Shown here: one piece after another, positions 29,901 to 39,795 of the stretch | Layout of the letters: each line of letters begins with the position of its first letter | Position numbering within the stretch: the first letter of the stretch is position 1 | DNA from: a virus | Taxonomy: Duplodnaviria; Caudoviricetes | Reading direction: 5' to 3' (one strand) | Virus record (IMG/VR): IMGVR_UViG_2636415832_000004 | Coordinates: 3,796 to 67,795 of that record | DNA: 64,000 bases | Notes under the pieces: model-generated | The model's input: the letters and a program-made list of their open reading frames with translations, nothing else | What the model was told of the DNA's origin: nothing | Database searches by the model: none | Made by a program: the position numbers and the translations under genes

Positions 29901-30529
29901 CTATCGCCTTTTACCTTTCTTACCAGCCCGCTTCGCCTCACGCTCTTGCTTCTTATCTGCTTCAATTTTGATCTGCACGGCTGCGATGATACAGGCTTTA
30001 TCGGCGTCAGATAATGCTATATATTCTGACGGCAAGCGACGCATTTGGTGTACCCACCAGTACATAATGTTTGCGTCACCATCACCGTCCTCGATTAGTT
30101 TTTTACTTCTTCTACGAGGTCATCTAATTCTAAATCGTAGCCATTTACTTCCTGTGCCGCTTTAGCAGCTTCTGTAATTTCACCGATCGTTAACATCTTA
30201 CCAAGTAACTCAGTAGCACCGTATACGCCATAAGAATCTTGCAAGTCCTTATCATTTAAATTTGGAAACACAATTGATTCTACTGCTAACAAGCGTTGAT
30301 ATTTAAAGTGGTCGAAATCAGTGTTGTACTGCCCTTTGCGCTTACCTTGTGTGATTAAAGAACGCTTGGTTGACTCAGTCTTTAACTCTGCATCACGCTC
30401 TGGACTGATTGGCGCAAACTCCCATTCTATTGCATTTCCGTTTTCGTCAATGAAGCTTTTTGAAATAGGCTTTTTAATGTTGTCCTGTTGCTTTTTGTTA
30501 TGTGAGAAAAACGCTTGTAAGTTATTCAT
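29901..30529 (-). CDS. XkdN-like tail assembly chaperone (30095-30529) with programmed -1 frameshift extension to 29901
   Basis: FPNLNDKDLQDSYGV; A AAA AAC slippery site at 30098-30104; -1 frame continues KLIEDGDGDANIMYWW...KRR. Confidence 0.85.
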
Positions 30530-30989
30530 GTGTGATTTCCTCCGTAATTTCAGTTAATTTTTCAGCTATTTTTTCGATTGTTTGCTCTGCGTTAAAGCGG
30601 TTTAGCGTGAGGTTCTTTAATTCAGGTGTTACTTGCAATTTCCCTAAAGTCGCATTAGCTGTCAAACCTTGTTTTTTCAAAATCTCTTTCTGGGAAATAT
30701 CAATCGTTATCACATTGTTAGGATCCATACTGATAAAAATATCCACACCACTCGTTCCCTCAAATACGCTATTCCCTAATCGCTCTGCATTATTGATAAA
30801 ATGTATCCCAATTTGTCTATATATCTCTGCAAAATGTCGCTGTATAGACTCCCCGTTACTAGGGATTGTTCCCATTACATCTTCAACCTTTGGCATATTC
30901 ATCATATCCTTTCTAATATTTAAGTATAAAAAAGAGCCTGCAGCAACAAGCCCCTTATTGCATTTCTGGTAACATAGAGAACTCTTCAA
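30522..30989 (-). CDS. Hypothetical protein inserted between tube and chaperone genes
   Basis: ORF track; true start likely MMNMPK. Confidence 0.5.
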   Translation of the reverse strand: MKSSLCYQKCNKGLVAAGSFLYLNIRKDMMNMPKVEDVMGTIPSNGESIQRHFAEIYRQIGIHFINNAERLGNSVFEGTSGVDIFISMDPNNVITIDISQKEILKKQGLTANATLGKLQVTPELKNLTLNRFNAEQTIEKIAEKLTEITEEITHE

Positions 30990-31431
30990 CTAAATCCCAA
31001 TCCTCAAACGTAAAGTCAAAATCATCTTCCAGATATTCTGCATCAGCGTCCAGTGACGCTACTAGTCCACCGTCTATGTTGCAGTCTTTCAAAATAGTTG
31101 TTTGACGACCCGTACTTTTTGCAGAACTATCTTCATTCGTAACCTGAATATCAAAATAGACATCTTCGCCCGTATCTTTATAACGTTTTAGTAATCTACG
31201 GAATATCGATGTATTATAGTGGAATGTGGCGGAGCCTGTTCCTTCCCAACCAGTTGCTTTATTTCCTTTACCTGTTTTACCCATAATCGGTACTTGTGTT
31301 TTAGTTTTCTCCATACGAGCTTCTAAATTTATAAGTTGCGCAAACTTATAACGATTTCCTTCAATTGTTACCCATGCTACACCCTGTGCACCATGCACAG
31401 CATCACGTGCATGCATTGTTGTTTCTGGCAT
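30955..31431 (-). CDS. Tail tube protein (XkdM)
   Basis: GTGSATFHYNTS, GRQT, FTFED. Confidence 0.9.
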   Translation of the reverse strand: MPETTMHARDAVHGAQGVAWVTIEGNRYKFAQLINLEARMEKTKTQVPIMGKTGKGNKATGWEGTGSATFHYNTSIFRRLLKRYKDTGEDVYFDIQVTNEDSSAKSTGRQTTILKDCNIDGGLVASLDADAEYLEDDFDFTFEDWDLVEEFSMLPEMQ

Positions 31432-31528
31432 ATAAATCCTCCTTTTTTTAATAAGTTATTATTCAATTCAACACATTTTCACAACTCCACGTCTGTTAAA
31501 CTATGGTTATAGATTGGAGGTGATACAT

Positions 31529-31753
31529 ATGCGTAAAATGGAGAGAGCTATTTTAAAAAATGCTTTCGAAACCTACCGCGAAAGAAATACGTTAACTAGC
31601 TACTTTGTTTTTCCTACGAGAATGGAGACTGAAGTAAGAGCCGCTTTAGACAACCTTTACGAAGATGGCTATATTGAATTACCTCGCCCGGCTTTGAGTG
31701 CTAGTTATGTGACACTGACTGACGAAGGTTTCGAGTTGGCATCTAGTATTTAA
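31529..31753 (+). CDS. Small wHTH-like moron
   Basis: GGAGGTG RBS; ALDNLYEDGYI...LTDEG. Confidence 0.6.
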   Translation: MRKMERAILKNAFETYRERNTLTSYFVFPTRMETEVRAALDNLYEDGYIELPRPALSASYVTLTDEGFELASSI

Positions 31754-32006
31754 AATGTCGCCCTAACATACTGATGAACGTTTTTATTTTTGTCGGAATG
31801 TTAGGGCTTCTCCTTGTTAATTCCGCTTTTAATGGCCAGCCACCTTGACTCCCCTTTCCTGTACCAAAAGCAACAATTTTTATGTCACCTAAGATACTCT
31901 CTTTAATCCACAACACGTAATGCTTGCCCTCTTCATCTTTCCAATAGATTTCTTTCAAGCGATAATCAATACCATTCGTAAAGAAACGAGCAATTTTTTT
32001 GAACAC
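31743..32006 (-). CDS. Hypothetical protein
   Basis: GGGAGGG RBS. Confidence 0.5.
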   Translation of the reverse strand: MFKKIARFFTNGIDYRLKEIYWKDEEGKHYVLWIKESILGDIKIVAFGTGKGSQGGWPLKAELTRRSPNIPTKIKTFISMLGRHFKY

Positions 32007-32021
32007 TCTTTTTCCCTCCCC

Positions 32022-33344
32022 TTACGCTACCGTTGTTGTGATATAAAGTTGTGACATCGCTACAGTAGGATTCACAACCTCATTGACAACAACGGACTTT
32101 TTAGAATTTCCTTGTTCTACGGTTAGCTCGTCTTTATTGTAATTTTGAATAGCACGAATACGTTGTAGTTCCATACGATGTGAGCCTAGATCATTCCACA
32201 GTGAAATACGTCCATCCTGATCATTTGGTACTTTCCCTAAATAACGATTATTAAAGATTTGTGCCGTATCAATTGCGATTTGGTCCAGTACACGAATCAC
32301 TTGGTTCATACTAAAATCTTCATTTTTATCAACTGTAAATGAAGTAAAAGTATTTATATCTTCAAGCACTCTTACCTCGTCACCCACACGATGGAATACA
32401 TATTTGCCAGCTTTTAATAGTACCGTAAGCTGTGATTGTGTCTTAGTTTCAGCCATATCTAGCGTGTATTCACCATCGTAGCGTTTATTCGTATTTGAAC
32501 GATTAACTGCCACACCAGCTTGTGCACCTACAGCCCAATAGACCGCTCCAAACACTTCCTCGTCAGTACCGACAGCATTGTTCAACACATCAATAATACC
32601 TTCATGTTCTGTAGTGCCAAGCTTATGCCCTACAAGTTGGAATTTGCCGCCCACTTGGTCACGAATGCGTTTTGTATATTCAACATACAGTGATTTAATT
32701 GTGCTGTCAGATGATAAACAACCCAATGTGTTAAAGCCATATGCCTCTAAAGCATCTAGTGCCTCCTGATGTGCGCCACCAGTAATAACAGAGCCATTCG
32801 AGCCGCCTGCAAGCGGTGTGCCTGCTGTAGCAGCAAGTGTAGCGTTAGTTTTAAACGTCACATAATCATTTGCTACTAAATCAGCAGCACTTGCTATAGC
32901 AATTTGCTCATCAACTGTTACGCCAGCTAACAAAGTTTTAACATCAAATGTTGTAGGCTCATCTACATTGGCTTGGATAACGATTGTAATACCGTTACCA
33001 CGCACGCCTTTGTATTTGGCTGTAGCGAAATCATTTGAAGCGGCTACAGCATCAACAGCAAGCTTGTAAAAATAAACGGTAATTGCATTTTTGAATACAT
33101 CACGAATACCCTTTAACTTTTCATGCGTGTAGTCATAGCCAAATATTTTACGTGAATTTTTTTGTAAATCCTCTTGTGTTACAGCGAATACGTCACCGTC
33201 TACGCCCCAATCAAGCGCAATTGGTAAGCCAACATAGCCACGGTCAGATAAATTTACGAAAGCACGCGCTGCACTAATGAAATTATGATAAGTACCTGGT
33301 AATACTTTATTTTGTGTTAAAAATGTTCCTCCACCTAACGCCAC
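32022..33344 (-). CDS. Tail sheath protein (XkdK)
   Basis: GGGTFLTQNKVLPG.Y.NF, DINTF, NQVIRVLDQIA. Confidence 0.92.
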   Translation of the reverse strand: MALGGGTFLTQNKVLPGTYHNFISAARAFVNLSDRGYVGLPIALDWGVDGDVFAVTQEDLQKNSRKIFGYDYTHEKLKGIRDVFKNAITVYFYKLAVDAVAASNDFATAKYKGVRGNGITIVIQANVDEPTTFDVKTLLAGVTVDEQIAIASAADLVANDYVTFKTNATLAATAGTPLAGGSNGSVITGGAHQEALDALEAYGFNTLGCLSSDSTIKSLYVEYTKRIRDQVGGKFQLVGHKLGTTEHEGIIDVLNNAVGTDEEVFGAVYWAVGAQAGVAVNRSNTNKRYDGEYTLDMAETKTQSQLTVLLKAGKYVFHRVGDEVRVLEDINTFTSFTVDKNEDFSMNQVIRVLDQIAIDTAQIFNNRYLGKVPNDQDGRISLWNDLGSHRMELQRIRAIQNYNKDELTVEQGNSKKSVVVNEVVNPTVAMSQLYITTTVA

Positions 33345-33345
33345 G

Positions 33346-33570
33346 TTATTTACCCCCTTTATCAAATTTATTAAGAATTTCATCTACTTGCTCATAAGAA
33401 TACGCCTTGCCATCTTGTAGCAAAGCGTTCAGTGCATCTTGTCGATGTTCATATTTTTTACTTTTTACGAGTTGTTCTTTTGTAAATGTCGGTATGGTGG
33501 ATGCAATAACCTCTCCAACCATTTCACCTGTCACATTTACTTTCTCTTTAATTGCTTCATTCTTCACCAA
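33346..33570 (-). CDS. Small tail-region protein
   Basis: FTKEQL..SKKY...D.LNALL, position before sheath. Confidence 0.65.
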   Translation of the reverse strand: MVKNEAIKEKVNVTGEMVGEVIASTIPTFTKEQLVKSKKYEHRQDALNALLQDGKAYSYEQVDEILNKFDKGGK

Positions 33571-34000
33571 CTACCATCCACTCCTTACCATTTTCGTAGT
33601 GTTTAAGCGATTCCATAAATACTTTTTGCTCCACTTCTTGTAAGAAGAAATCAAAGCGCATGAAATTATGTCCGATACCATCAACAACCTCGCTGTTAAC
33701 TCCTCTAGCAAGCATAATAGAGCCGTTTAATAGCTCAATAGTTTTTAATGCTTGTTGTATCTTCAGGCTCATATTTGCGCTCTCTGATGCCCCCGCTTGC
33801 GGAAAATACTGCACGTTAAATAGCGGTGTTACCTTCCAACGTTTACCGATTTGCTGTATGTGTTCCAAATTCAAAAACTGAATAAAAAATGAAGGTGTTT
33901 CAAAGTTCTGCGGCACTTGGTCAATGTACTTTTTATAGTCAGCGCCAAATGCTGCTTCTAATTTACGTGAAATAGCAATAATAATATCTTGTATTTCCAC
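33557..34000 (-). CDS. Tail terminator-like protein
   Basis: Position; VPQNFETPSFFI, VQYFP. Confidence 0.7.
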   Translation of the reverse strand: MEIQDIIIAISRKLEAAFGADYKKYIDQVPQNFETPSFFIQFLNLEHIQQIGKRWKVTPLFNVQYFPQAGASESANMSLKIQQALKTIELLNGSIMLARGVNSEVVDGIGHNFMRFDFFLQEVEQKVFMESLKHYENGKEWMVVGEE

Positions 34001-34407
34001 TATCTAAACACCTCCATTAATTTGGCCTTTAACTTACGCTCGATAATTGCTGGTGCTTGTTGTTCTAATTCATCGGCACTAATTGTCATCATGAAGCGGC
34101 CGTTTACCCAGCCTTGGTGATTTGAAGTACGATGGCCATACTCCAAGTAAGGTGCATATTCTACCGAATTTATAACTTCAATCTTGTATTCATCACCAAT
34201 TTTACTTATTTGTCCAATTGTCCAACCTCTACGTAAAACACCAGTATCAACAGGAGTACGTTTGATTACTTTCGCTAACATACGAGCTGCCAACTCTTTC
34301 GCCATCGCCTCACAAAAGGCTTCCATATCCACTTGTGCAAATTTATTAATACGCCTTTGCAATCGCTCCAGTTGCCTATAGTTGACTCTTACTCGTCCTG
34401 CCATCAT
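34000..34407 (-). CDS. HK97 gp10-family protein
   Basis: TPVDTG.LRRGW, YA.Y.EYGH. Confidence 0.85.
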   Translation of the reverse strand: MMAGRVRVNYRQLERLQRRINKFAQVDMEAFCEAMAKELAARMLAKVIKRTPVDTGVLRRGWTIGQISKIGDEYKIEVINSVEYAPYLEYGHRTSNHQGWVNGRFMMTISADELEQQAPAIIERKLKAKLMEVFR

Positions 34408-34766
34408 GTATACCCCTGAAAAGCTTCTAACAGGATGTGTTGATGGTCCATATGCACATCTGGCAAGCCGCTTCGGGTAAATTCATTCGTTACGCCATCT
34501 TGAGTAACAATAATTTTGCTTCCTGGTGGAACATCTAATTCGGGTGCCAATGACAACTTTATAGTTTGTGAGATGGTTGCAGGCCCGCCCGTGTTTGAAG
34601 CGGTGGTTTGCTTTTCATAAGACAGTTTACAAGGCTCATTTTCAAACTTTGTTGTTTCTTTTTGAGTAGTAATTTTCGTAACGGGATCTGTTACACTTCC
34701 CCATGTTTTAACGGTGCAAATGCCACGGTACAAGCTTTGTATGGCTTTTCTACGTGCGCTTACCAT
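34404..34766 (-). CDS. Head closure-like protein
   Basis: PCKLS, GSKI.VTQ; position. Confidence 0.7.
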   Translation of the reverse strand: MVSARRKAIQSLYRGICTVKTWGSVTDPVTKITTQKETTKFENEPCKLSYEKQTTASNTGGPATISQTIKLSLAPELDVPPGSKIIVTQDGVTNEFTRSGLPDVHMDHQHILLEAFQGYT

Positions 34767-35179
34767 ACAAGCACCCTATACTTAGACCAATTGAGATCAC
34801 CATGCTTTAAGTATGCAAGAAAGGCATTAAATTGACCTTCAGGCGTACTTTTTTCACTGACTGCAAACTCCACGTTGGTATCGCCATCCTGCACCTTTTT
34901 GGCAACCATAGTAAAATCGATTGTTTCAATATCCAACAGGCCCATTGCTTTTTTAGTCGCAAGGAGCTCACCTACCACCATATCCACAGCTTGGTTATAT
35001 GCCTCCTGTGGGATGCTTGAAAGGTTGGTTTGATTGTTGATATAGTTTGTTACCTTGTCGATTGCAAAGCCAATTAGATACGTATCAGAGCTGTTAGGGA
35101 CACTTGATACAGTACCCCCTAGTCCTTCGATTCGCTGTTTTACATCCTCAAACTTTATTTTGACTGACATGGTTATCAC
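34760..35179 (-). CDS. Head-tail connector
   Basis: GDTNVEF; position. Confidence 0.7.
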   Translation of the reverse strand: MITMSVKIKFEDVKQRIEGLGGTVSSVPNSSDTYLIGFAIDKVTNYINNQTNLSSIPQEAYNQAVDMVVGELLATKKAMGLLDIETIDFTMVAKKVQDGDTNVEFAVSEKSTPEGQFNAFLAYLKHGDLNWSKYRVLVW

Positions 35180-35376
35180 TCACTTTCAGTCGTTTTCTTG
35201 GTACGGGAAGCGGGCTTTTTCGGTTCTTCCGTTACTGCCAACTGCTCCATGATTGCACCATTAAAATGTTTTTCATCAATCGTCAATTCCTGACCGACTA
35301 AAAAGCGCTCTCCCTTGTACCTCACAGGAAAAGCGCCTTCTTTAATTTTTACTTTTATATTTGCCAATGTCATCAC
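35176..35376 (-). CDS. Small head-associated protein
   Basis: Position after capsid gene. Confidence 0.55.
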   Translation of the reverse strand: MMTLANIKVKIKEGAFPVRYKGERFLVGQELTIDEKHFNGAIMEQLAVTEEPKKPASRTKKTTESE

Positions 35377-35380
35377 CAGC

Positions 35381-36424
35381 CTAATTCACTTGTGCAATAA
35401 AGATATTGTCAATTGTTTCAAAGCTTGGCATTACAATTTCGGAAACGATTGTTTCAACATTAACAGGATGTGGCTCTTTAACTGTTGTAATAGCAACACC
35501 AGTATTTACAATGGAAACTTCGGCATTTGACTGTCCTGTTAATAAATCTGATTCCTCCGGTGTCGTACCATAGTATGTGTTTCCTAGCGTGCCATCTGGA
35601 ATAAGTGTGAAATATTCATCTGGATAGAAGCTGTTTGAAGTACCATTCTCAGCAAGATATTTCTTGTTGTATACAGCTACAGAAATACCTAATTTATCTT
35701 GTAAATACTGTTTTAACATAGCATCTGTAAGAATGATATTTTGTCCACCTAACGGATTCATATCCAAACGAATGCTTGGATGCTTTAATAAATAGCCAAA
35801 CGTTTTACGTGTTAAAATCGCTTTCGTAGGGCGAACGCCTGTATTTTCCTCTACTGTATCCTGCCAACGAATAATGTCCTCGATTGGTGTAGCATCGGCA
35901 GTGCTCCATACAGCGTTTCCTGCCAACGCCTCTTTATGATCACTTTTCATTTTATAGTCATAGTCGAAATCTTGGCGATTTGCCGTGATTTTAATTTTAC
36001 CTGTAGAAAGTAACTGCATAATCATTCGTTCAGGCTGCACATTGGCACCGTTCACTAGATTTGTAATGTCATCATAGATATTTGCGATTAAAGTTCGTGT
36101 CATGCTATCTAAATTAGACGATAACAAACGATTCAATTCTTGCCGGTCTTTCTCCCCTACTCGCATAGCTTCTCGGAAGAACGGCATTTCCGTTTCGATT
36201 TTTTTGAATCCGATACGATCACGTAATGTCGCTTTAGCATCAAATTCAGATGGCATTAAGGCTACTGGTAACCCCTTTGATCCTTTAATCCAACTTAAAT
36301 CTAGGCCAAGTTGTTTTTTGGGAGGAAACAATGTTGCTCCTAAATATGGAATATTATTTGATGGATTGTTCTCGTAATAATCCGCAATCTCTTTTGCATT
36401 TACTAAATCAAAAATTGTTGGCAT
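35381..36424 (-). CDS. Major capsid protein (lambda gpE-like)
   Basis: MPFFRE, E.M.MQ.L.TG, G.T.YGTTPEE. Confidence 0.9.
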   Translation of the reverse strand: MPTIFDLVNAKEIADYYENNPSNNIPYLGATLFPPKKQLGLDLSWIKGSKGLPVALMPSEFDAKATLRDRIGFKKIETEMPFFREAMRVGEKDRQELNRLLSSNLDSMTRTLIANIYDDITNLVNGANVQPERMIMQLLSTGKIKITANRQDFDYDYKMKSDHKEALAGNAVWSTADATPIEDIIRWQDTVEENTGVRPTKAILTRKTFGYLLKHPSIRLDMNPLGGQNIILTDAMLKQYLQDKLGISVAVYNKKYLAENGTSNSFYPDEYFTLIPDGTLGNTYYGTTPEESDLLTGQSNAEVSIVNTGVAITTVKEPHPVNVETIVSEIVMPSFETIDNIFIAQVN

Positions 36425-36440
36425 TAATTTTCATCCTCTC

Positions 36441-36800
36441 TTATTTTAAAAATGTAACTTGACGCAAAGCCTGTATTGCTTCCGGCGTTGGCTGCTGCGG
36501 TAATTTGTCCAATGCAACAAAACCATGAAGCAATGCCGCTCCTGGTGCTGGACCATAGGTGACATCTGTATCATTGAAAAGAACTCCCTCGGCACCTGCA
36601 TCATTTGCTGCTACAGCATTAATAGATTCATCTAACAAGAAACCACCACCAAGGATAGTTCCAGCAGGCACAATCTTTTTCCCTTCCGCATTCGGGCTAA
36701 TCCCTTCATCCGAAACTGTAATGGCCATGTTTACATAATGATCCGGGAATTTTAAAATTTCTTTTTTATTTGTATAAGTCGTTTCTACAAACTTACTCAT
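36441..36800 (-). CDS. Head decoration protein
   Basis: KIVPAGT, GVLFND.DVT.G. Confidence 0.75.
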   Translation of the reverse strand: MSKFVETTYTNKKEILKFPDHYVNMAITVSDEGISPNAEGKKIVPAGTILGGGFLLDESINAVAANDAGAEGVLFNDTDVTYGPAPGAALLHGFVALDKLPQQPTPEAIQALRQVTFLK

Positions 36801-36815
36801 TAAAATTCATCTCCT

Positions 36816-37442
36816 TTATTTGAAATAATTGTCGCGAGCAGTATCTAATTGTTCTGTTCCCTTCGAACGCTCTTCAGCAATTTGTTTACCAAAACTGATT
36901 TCTGTACCGCCCTCTTGTCCTTGCATCCCATTAGCTTGTCCTTGCATCCCATTAGCAGGAACAAACCCTTTAAACTGTGGTGTATTTGGTTTATCTGGCA
37001 CAAACAAAAAGGACTTTGATTCTTGCAGTGTTTTAAGCTGCTCCTCAAGTCCTTTAGCTACGTTTCCGTCCTTATCTAATTCGATTGTTTCGCGATTAAT
37101 TAAGCCCGCTACTAAATCAACATCATGTACCTTATTATTTAGCGCTAGTTTTAACGCTGCGCTCATACGCTCGTTTTTCAATTGCTGCTCATATTCTGTT
37201 TTGGCCGTTTCATTAGCCTGCTGTAGCTCTGTAATTGTTGCTTGAAGTTCCTCACTTCCCTTAGCCGTATCCTGCAATTTCTTTAACTGCGTTTCATGCG
37301 TTTTCACTTGATTTTCAAGTACTTTCTTTGCATTATTCACCTCGTCAAAACGCTCTTTCGGAATCATATTACCGTATTTCTCAACGATGGCAGTTGCCTG
37401 CTCCTCGCTCAATCCCATTGCAATTAAATCTTCTTTTTTCAT
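36816..37442 (-). CDS. Scaffolding protein (Phage GP20 family)
   Basis: IPKERFDEVN, EQLK.L.ESK.FLF. Confidence 0.85.
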   Translation of the reverse strand: MKKEDLIAMGLSEEQATAIVEKYGNMIPKERFDEVNNAKKVLENQVKTHETQLKKLQDTAKGSEELQATITELQQANETAKTEYEQQLKNERMSAALKLALNNKVHDVDLVAGLINRETIELDKDGNVAKGLEEQLKTLQESKSFLFVPDKPNTPQFKGFVPANGMQGQANGMQGQEGGTEISFGKQIAEERSKGTEQLDTARDNYFK

Positions 37443-37624
37443 AATTATTTGCCTCCCATTACGTTTTTTACGTGTTCGACACGCTAGGTAAAACACTTGT
37501 TCTTTAACGTCTGCAAGCGCTAAAAAGACGAGATATACAGACCACCAAGCCTTTCCGCTATATCAGCCGTTTGGCGCTACTTTACGCCATAATTAAAAGC
37601 TGTATCATTACGGCTTTTTAAGCT

Positions 37625-37975
37625 TTAGAGCTTCATACGTTCCCGTTTTTTTAATTTCTTCATTGTAAATTTCTCAGCGATATGAACAGCGGAATGAAAT
37701 AAACTAGGATTATCCTGTAATACTTGATGCAACACAATTGACACTCGATTAATCATATCCTCATCTTGGTCTTTATAGCCCGCTTCTAAAAAGATCGCAT
37801 GTGTTAATTCATGAATCAACGTTTGCCTTTTACGATCCACCCCCAACGAACTATCTATTTGTATTTTGGCATCACGCATTAAAATCTGCCCCCACAGCTC
37901 TTGGTCTGCAATTAAGTGAGGCACTTCTTCCACGGTGTAGTTAACACCACCTACTTTCACGTTGTTTGGTAACAT
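37625..37975 (-). CDS. HExxH metallopeptidase-like protein
   Basis: TLIHELTHA. Confidence 0.65.
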   Translation of the reverse strand: MLPNNVKVGGVNYTVEEVPHLIADQELWGQILMRDAKIQIDSSLGVDRKRQTLIHELTHAIFLEAGYKDQDEDMINRVSIVLHQVLQDNPSLFHSAVHIAEKFTMKKLKKRERMKL

Positions 37976-38036
37976 ATTTATCCACCTTTCGAAGAATGTT
38001 AAAAGCACCCAACCATTCTTGTTTGGTTAGGTGCTT

Positions 38037-38246
38037 TTACTTAATAATTTCTATTGTGCTTACTTCATTTTCGTTAAAATTAACTAACTGATCTTTAAGC
38101 TCGCCATCTATAGGCTTTATAGTTAATTCCTGAATGTCACCATCACTATCATTTGCAGAAGTCCAATGGTCAACTATTCCTATTAGAGTTTGGTCATCAG
38201 TAAAAGTAACTTTAATTTTTTCTCCTGGATTATAGAAGATATCCAT
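38037..38246 (-). CDS. Putative immunity protein for MuF toxin
   Basis: Small acidic ORF immediately after toxin-tipped MuF. Confidence 0.6.
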   Translation of the reverse strand: MDIFYNPGEKIKVTFTDDQTLIGIVDHWTSANDSDGDIQELTIKPIDGELKDQLVNFNENEVSTIEIIK

Positions 38247-38259
38247 GCTTCCACTCCTT

Positions 38260-39795
38260 TCAATCTGGTCTAATCGGCACTAAATGTGTCCGTTTTTTCG
38301 AGTGATGAATCTTTACTTTGTTAGTTTCGTAAGCTCCATTATTAGAGACAGCTACCCCGATAATCCGATCTAAAACAATTACTTCTTTGACTGTTCTATT
38401 TCCGTGACGGTCCCTTTCCACAATTCCTGTACCTGCATATTGATCCAAAATCTTTTGTACATTCTCCGTATCAAAGAAATAACTTTTCCCTTCTGTTCGA
38501 GTTGAATCCATATGTGGAGCTTGTTTTTCTGGATTAACCCTAGTTCCAAAAGTACCATCTCGTAAATTTGATTTTACATAATAATTATCTTGAAGTTTAT
38601 TCCACTCGTTACCTTTACTATACTTAATATCTTTGAATTCTTCAAAAGATTTAGGTGCATTCTGACCAAGCGTCTTTTTATAATTATCGTACTGTTGTTT
38701 GTCTTTACTTTTATTCACCTGTATCTTTTTAGTAATAGCAATTTTATCTGCTCCATACTTCTCTACCTGAGTCTGATACCATTCTTCATACTTCATGTTG
38801 CTTGGTACATAGTACGTCTGTCCGTCCAAATCACGGGCAACACGCTGGCTATAATCATCAACAAAATAAGGGGCTGTTGTGGACCTACAGTGTGGATGAA
38901 ATGGATTGGCAGTTACACCAGGCATGAAATCTTTTTGTTTAAACACTTTGCCATCCATTTCCCGACAAATAGTGCTTGTTTTAAAATCAAGTGTAGCAAT
39001 GATTTCATAGCGCTCTACATCTAAATCGTTATACGCTTCTCGCTGTGCTGCTGCACTAAAAAACGCCGCTTCAGTCATCACTAAACGGCGAATTTGATAT
39101 TTGGTATTGGTAGAGCCTAGTTTTTGGTGCAGCACATTTACAATTGTTTCTGGATGTTTACCAGTAGCAACGGTGCGCGTCAGCTCTTTGTGCAGTGTGT
39201 CGATTAAAATGTTTTTATCTCGCCACAAACGACGCGAGAAGGTCATGCCGTCAGCAGTCCATGGTTTGCTAATCACCTTTTCTAGTAAACGTTCGTCTAA
39301 TTTTTGCATCGTAAAGCCCACATTAAAAGCTGTCTGCACCTCAAAAGCTGTGTGATAATACTGCGCTTGGTATTGATCTTTAATAAAACGCTCAAAGCCC
39401 TCAATTTGGCCACCATACAGTTTTTCGATATGCTGCTGTATCTGCATTTGCAAACTTTCCAAACGACTAATATGGACACGAGAAGATGCATTTTCGAGTT
39501 GTTTCATCCATTGTTGGTTGATCGCATTCTGTTCGCCATATTTGATATATTCCTGCACATTCCACTTAAATTCTTTCAACTCATCACTTTTTAATAACCT
39601 TTTCGCTTCATCCAATGTGATTTCGTTATTCTTAGCGAAGCGGCTATACCACTTAAGAATATCCTTTTCCAAGTCGTCCATGGTATGCGTGTATGCTTTC
39701 ACAAGGTCATCATAATAAAAAATGGAGCGTTCGTGTTGTGCCTGTTCCAACAGTTCGAAACGTTTGCGCCAATAATTACGAGGTTTCATCGTCAT
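38260..39795 (-). CDS. Minor capsid protein MuF with C-terminal toxin-like extension (Ntox50-like)
   Basis: PFHPHCRST MuF motif; tail NPEKQAPHM...GKSY...KIHHSKKRTHLVP. Confidence 0.8.
   Translation of the reverse strand: MTMKPRNYWRKRFELLEQAQHERSIFYYDDLVKAYTHTMDDLEKDILKWYSRFAKNNEITLDEAKRLLKSDELKEFKWNVQEYIKYGEQNAINQQWMKQLENASSRVHISRLESLQMQIQQHIEKLYGGQIEGFERFIKDQYQAQYYHTAFEVQTAFNVGFTMQKLDERLLEKVISKPWTADGMTFSRRLWRDKNILIDTLHKELTRTVATGKHPETIVNVLHQKLGSTNTKYQIRRLVMTEAAFFSAAAQREAYNDLDVERYEIIATLDFKTSTICREMDGKVFKQKDFMPGVTANPFHPHCRSTTAPYFVDDYSQRVARDLDGQTYYVPSNMKYEEWYQTQVEKYGADKIAITKKIQVNKSKDKQQYDNYKKTLGQNAPKSFEEFKDIKYSKGNEWNKLQDNYYVKSNLRDGTFGTRVNPEKQAPHMDSTRTEGKSYFFDTENVQKILDQYAGTGIVERDRHGNRTVKEVIVLDRIIGVAVSNNGAYETNKVKIHHSKKRTHLVPIRPD

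Noticed and set aside
30098-30104. Tail chaperone -1 frameshift as a novelty
   Set aside because: Standard feature of long-tailed phages; listed as a feature only
36914-36955. 21-bp tandem duplication in scaffold gene (and NNLET repeat in the fibre at ~17629-17676)
   Set aside because: In-frame low-complexity protein repeats
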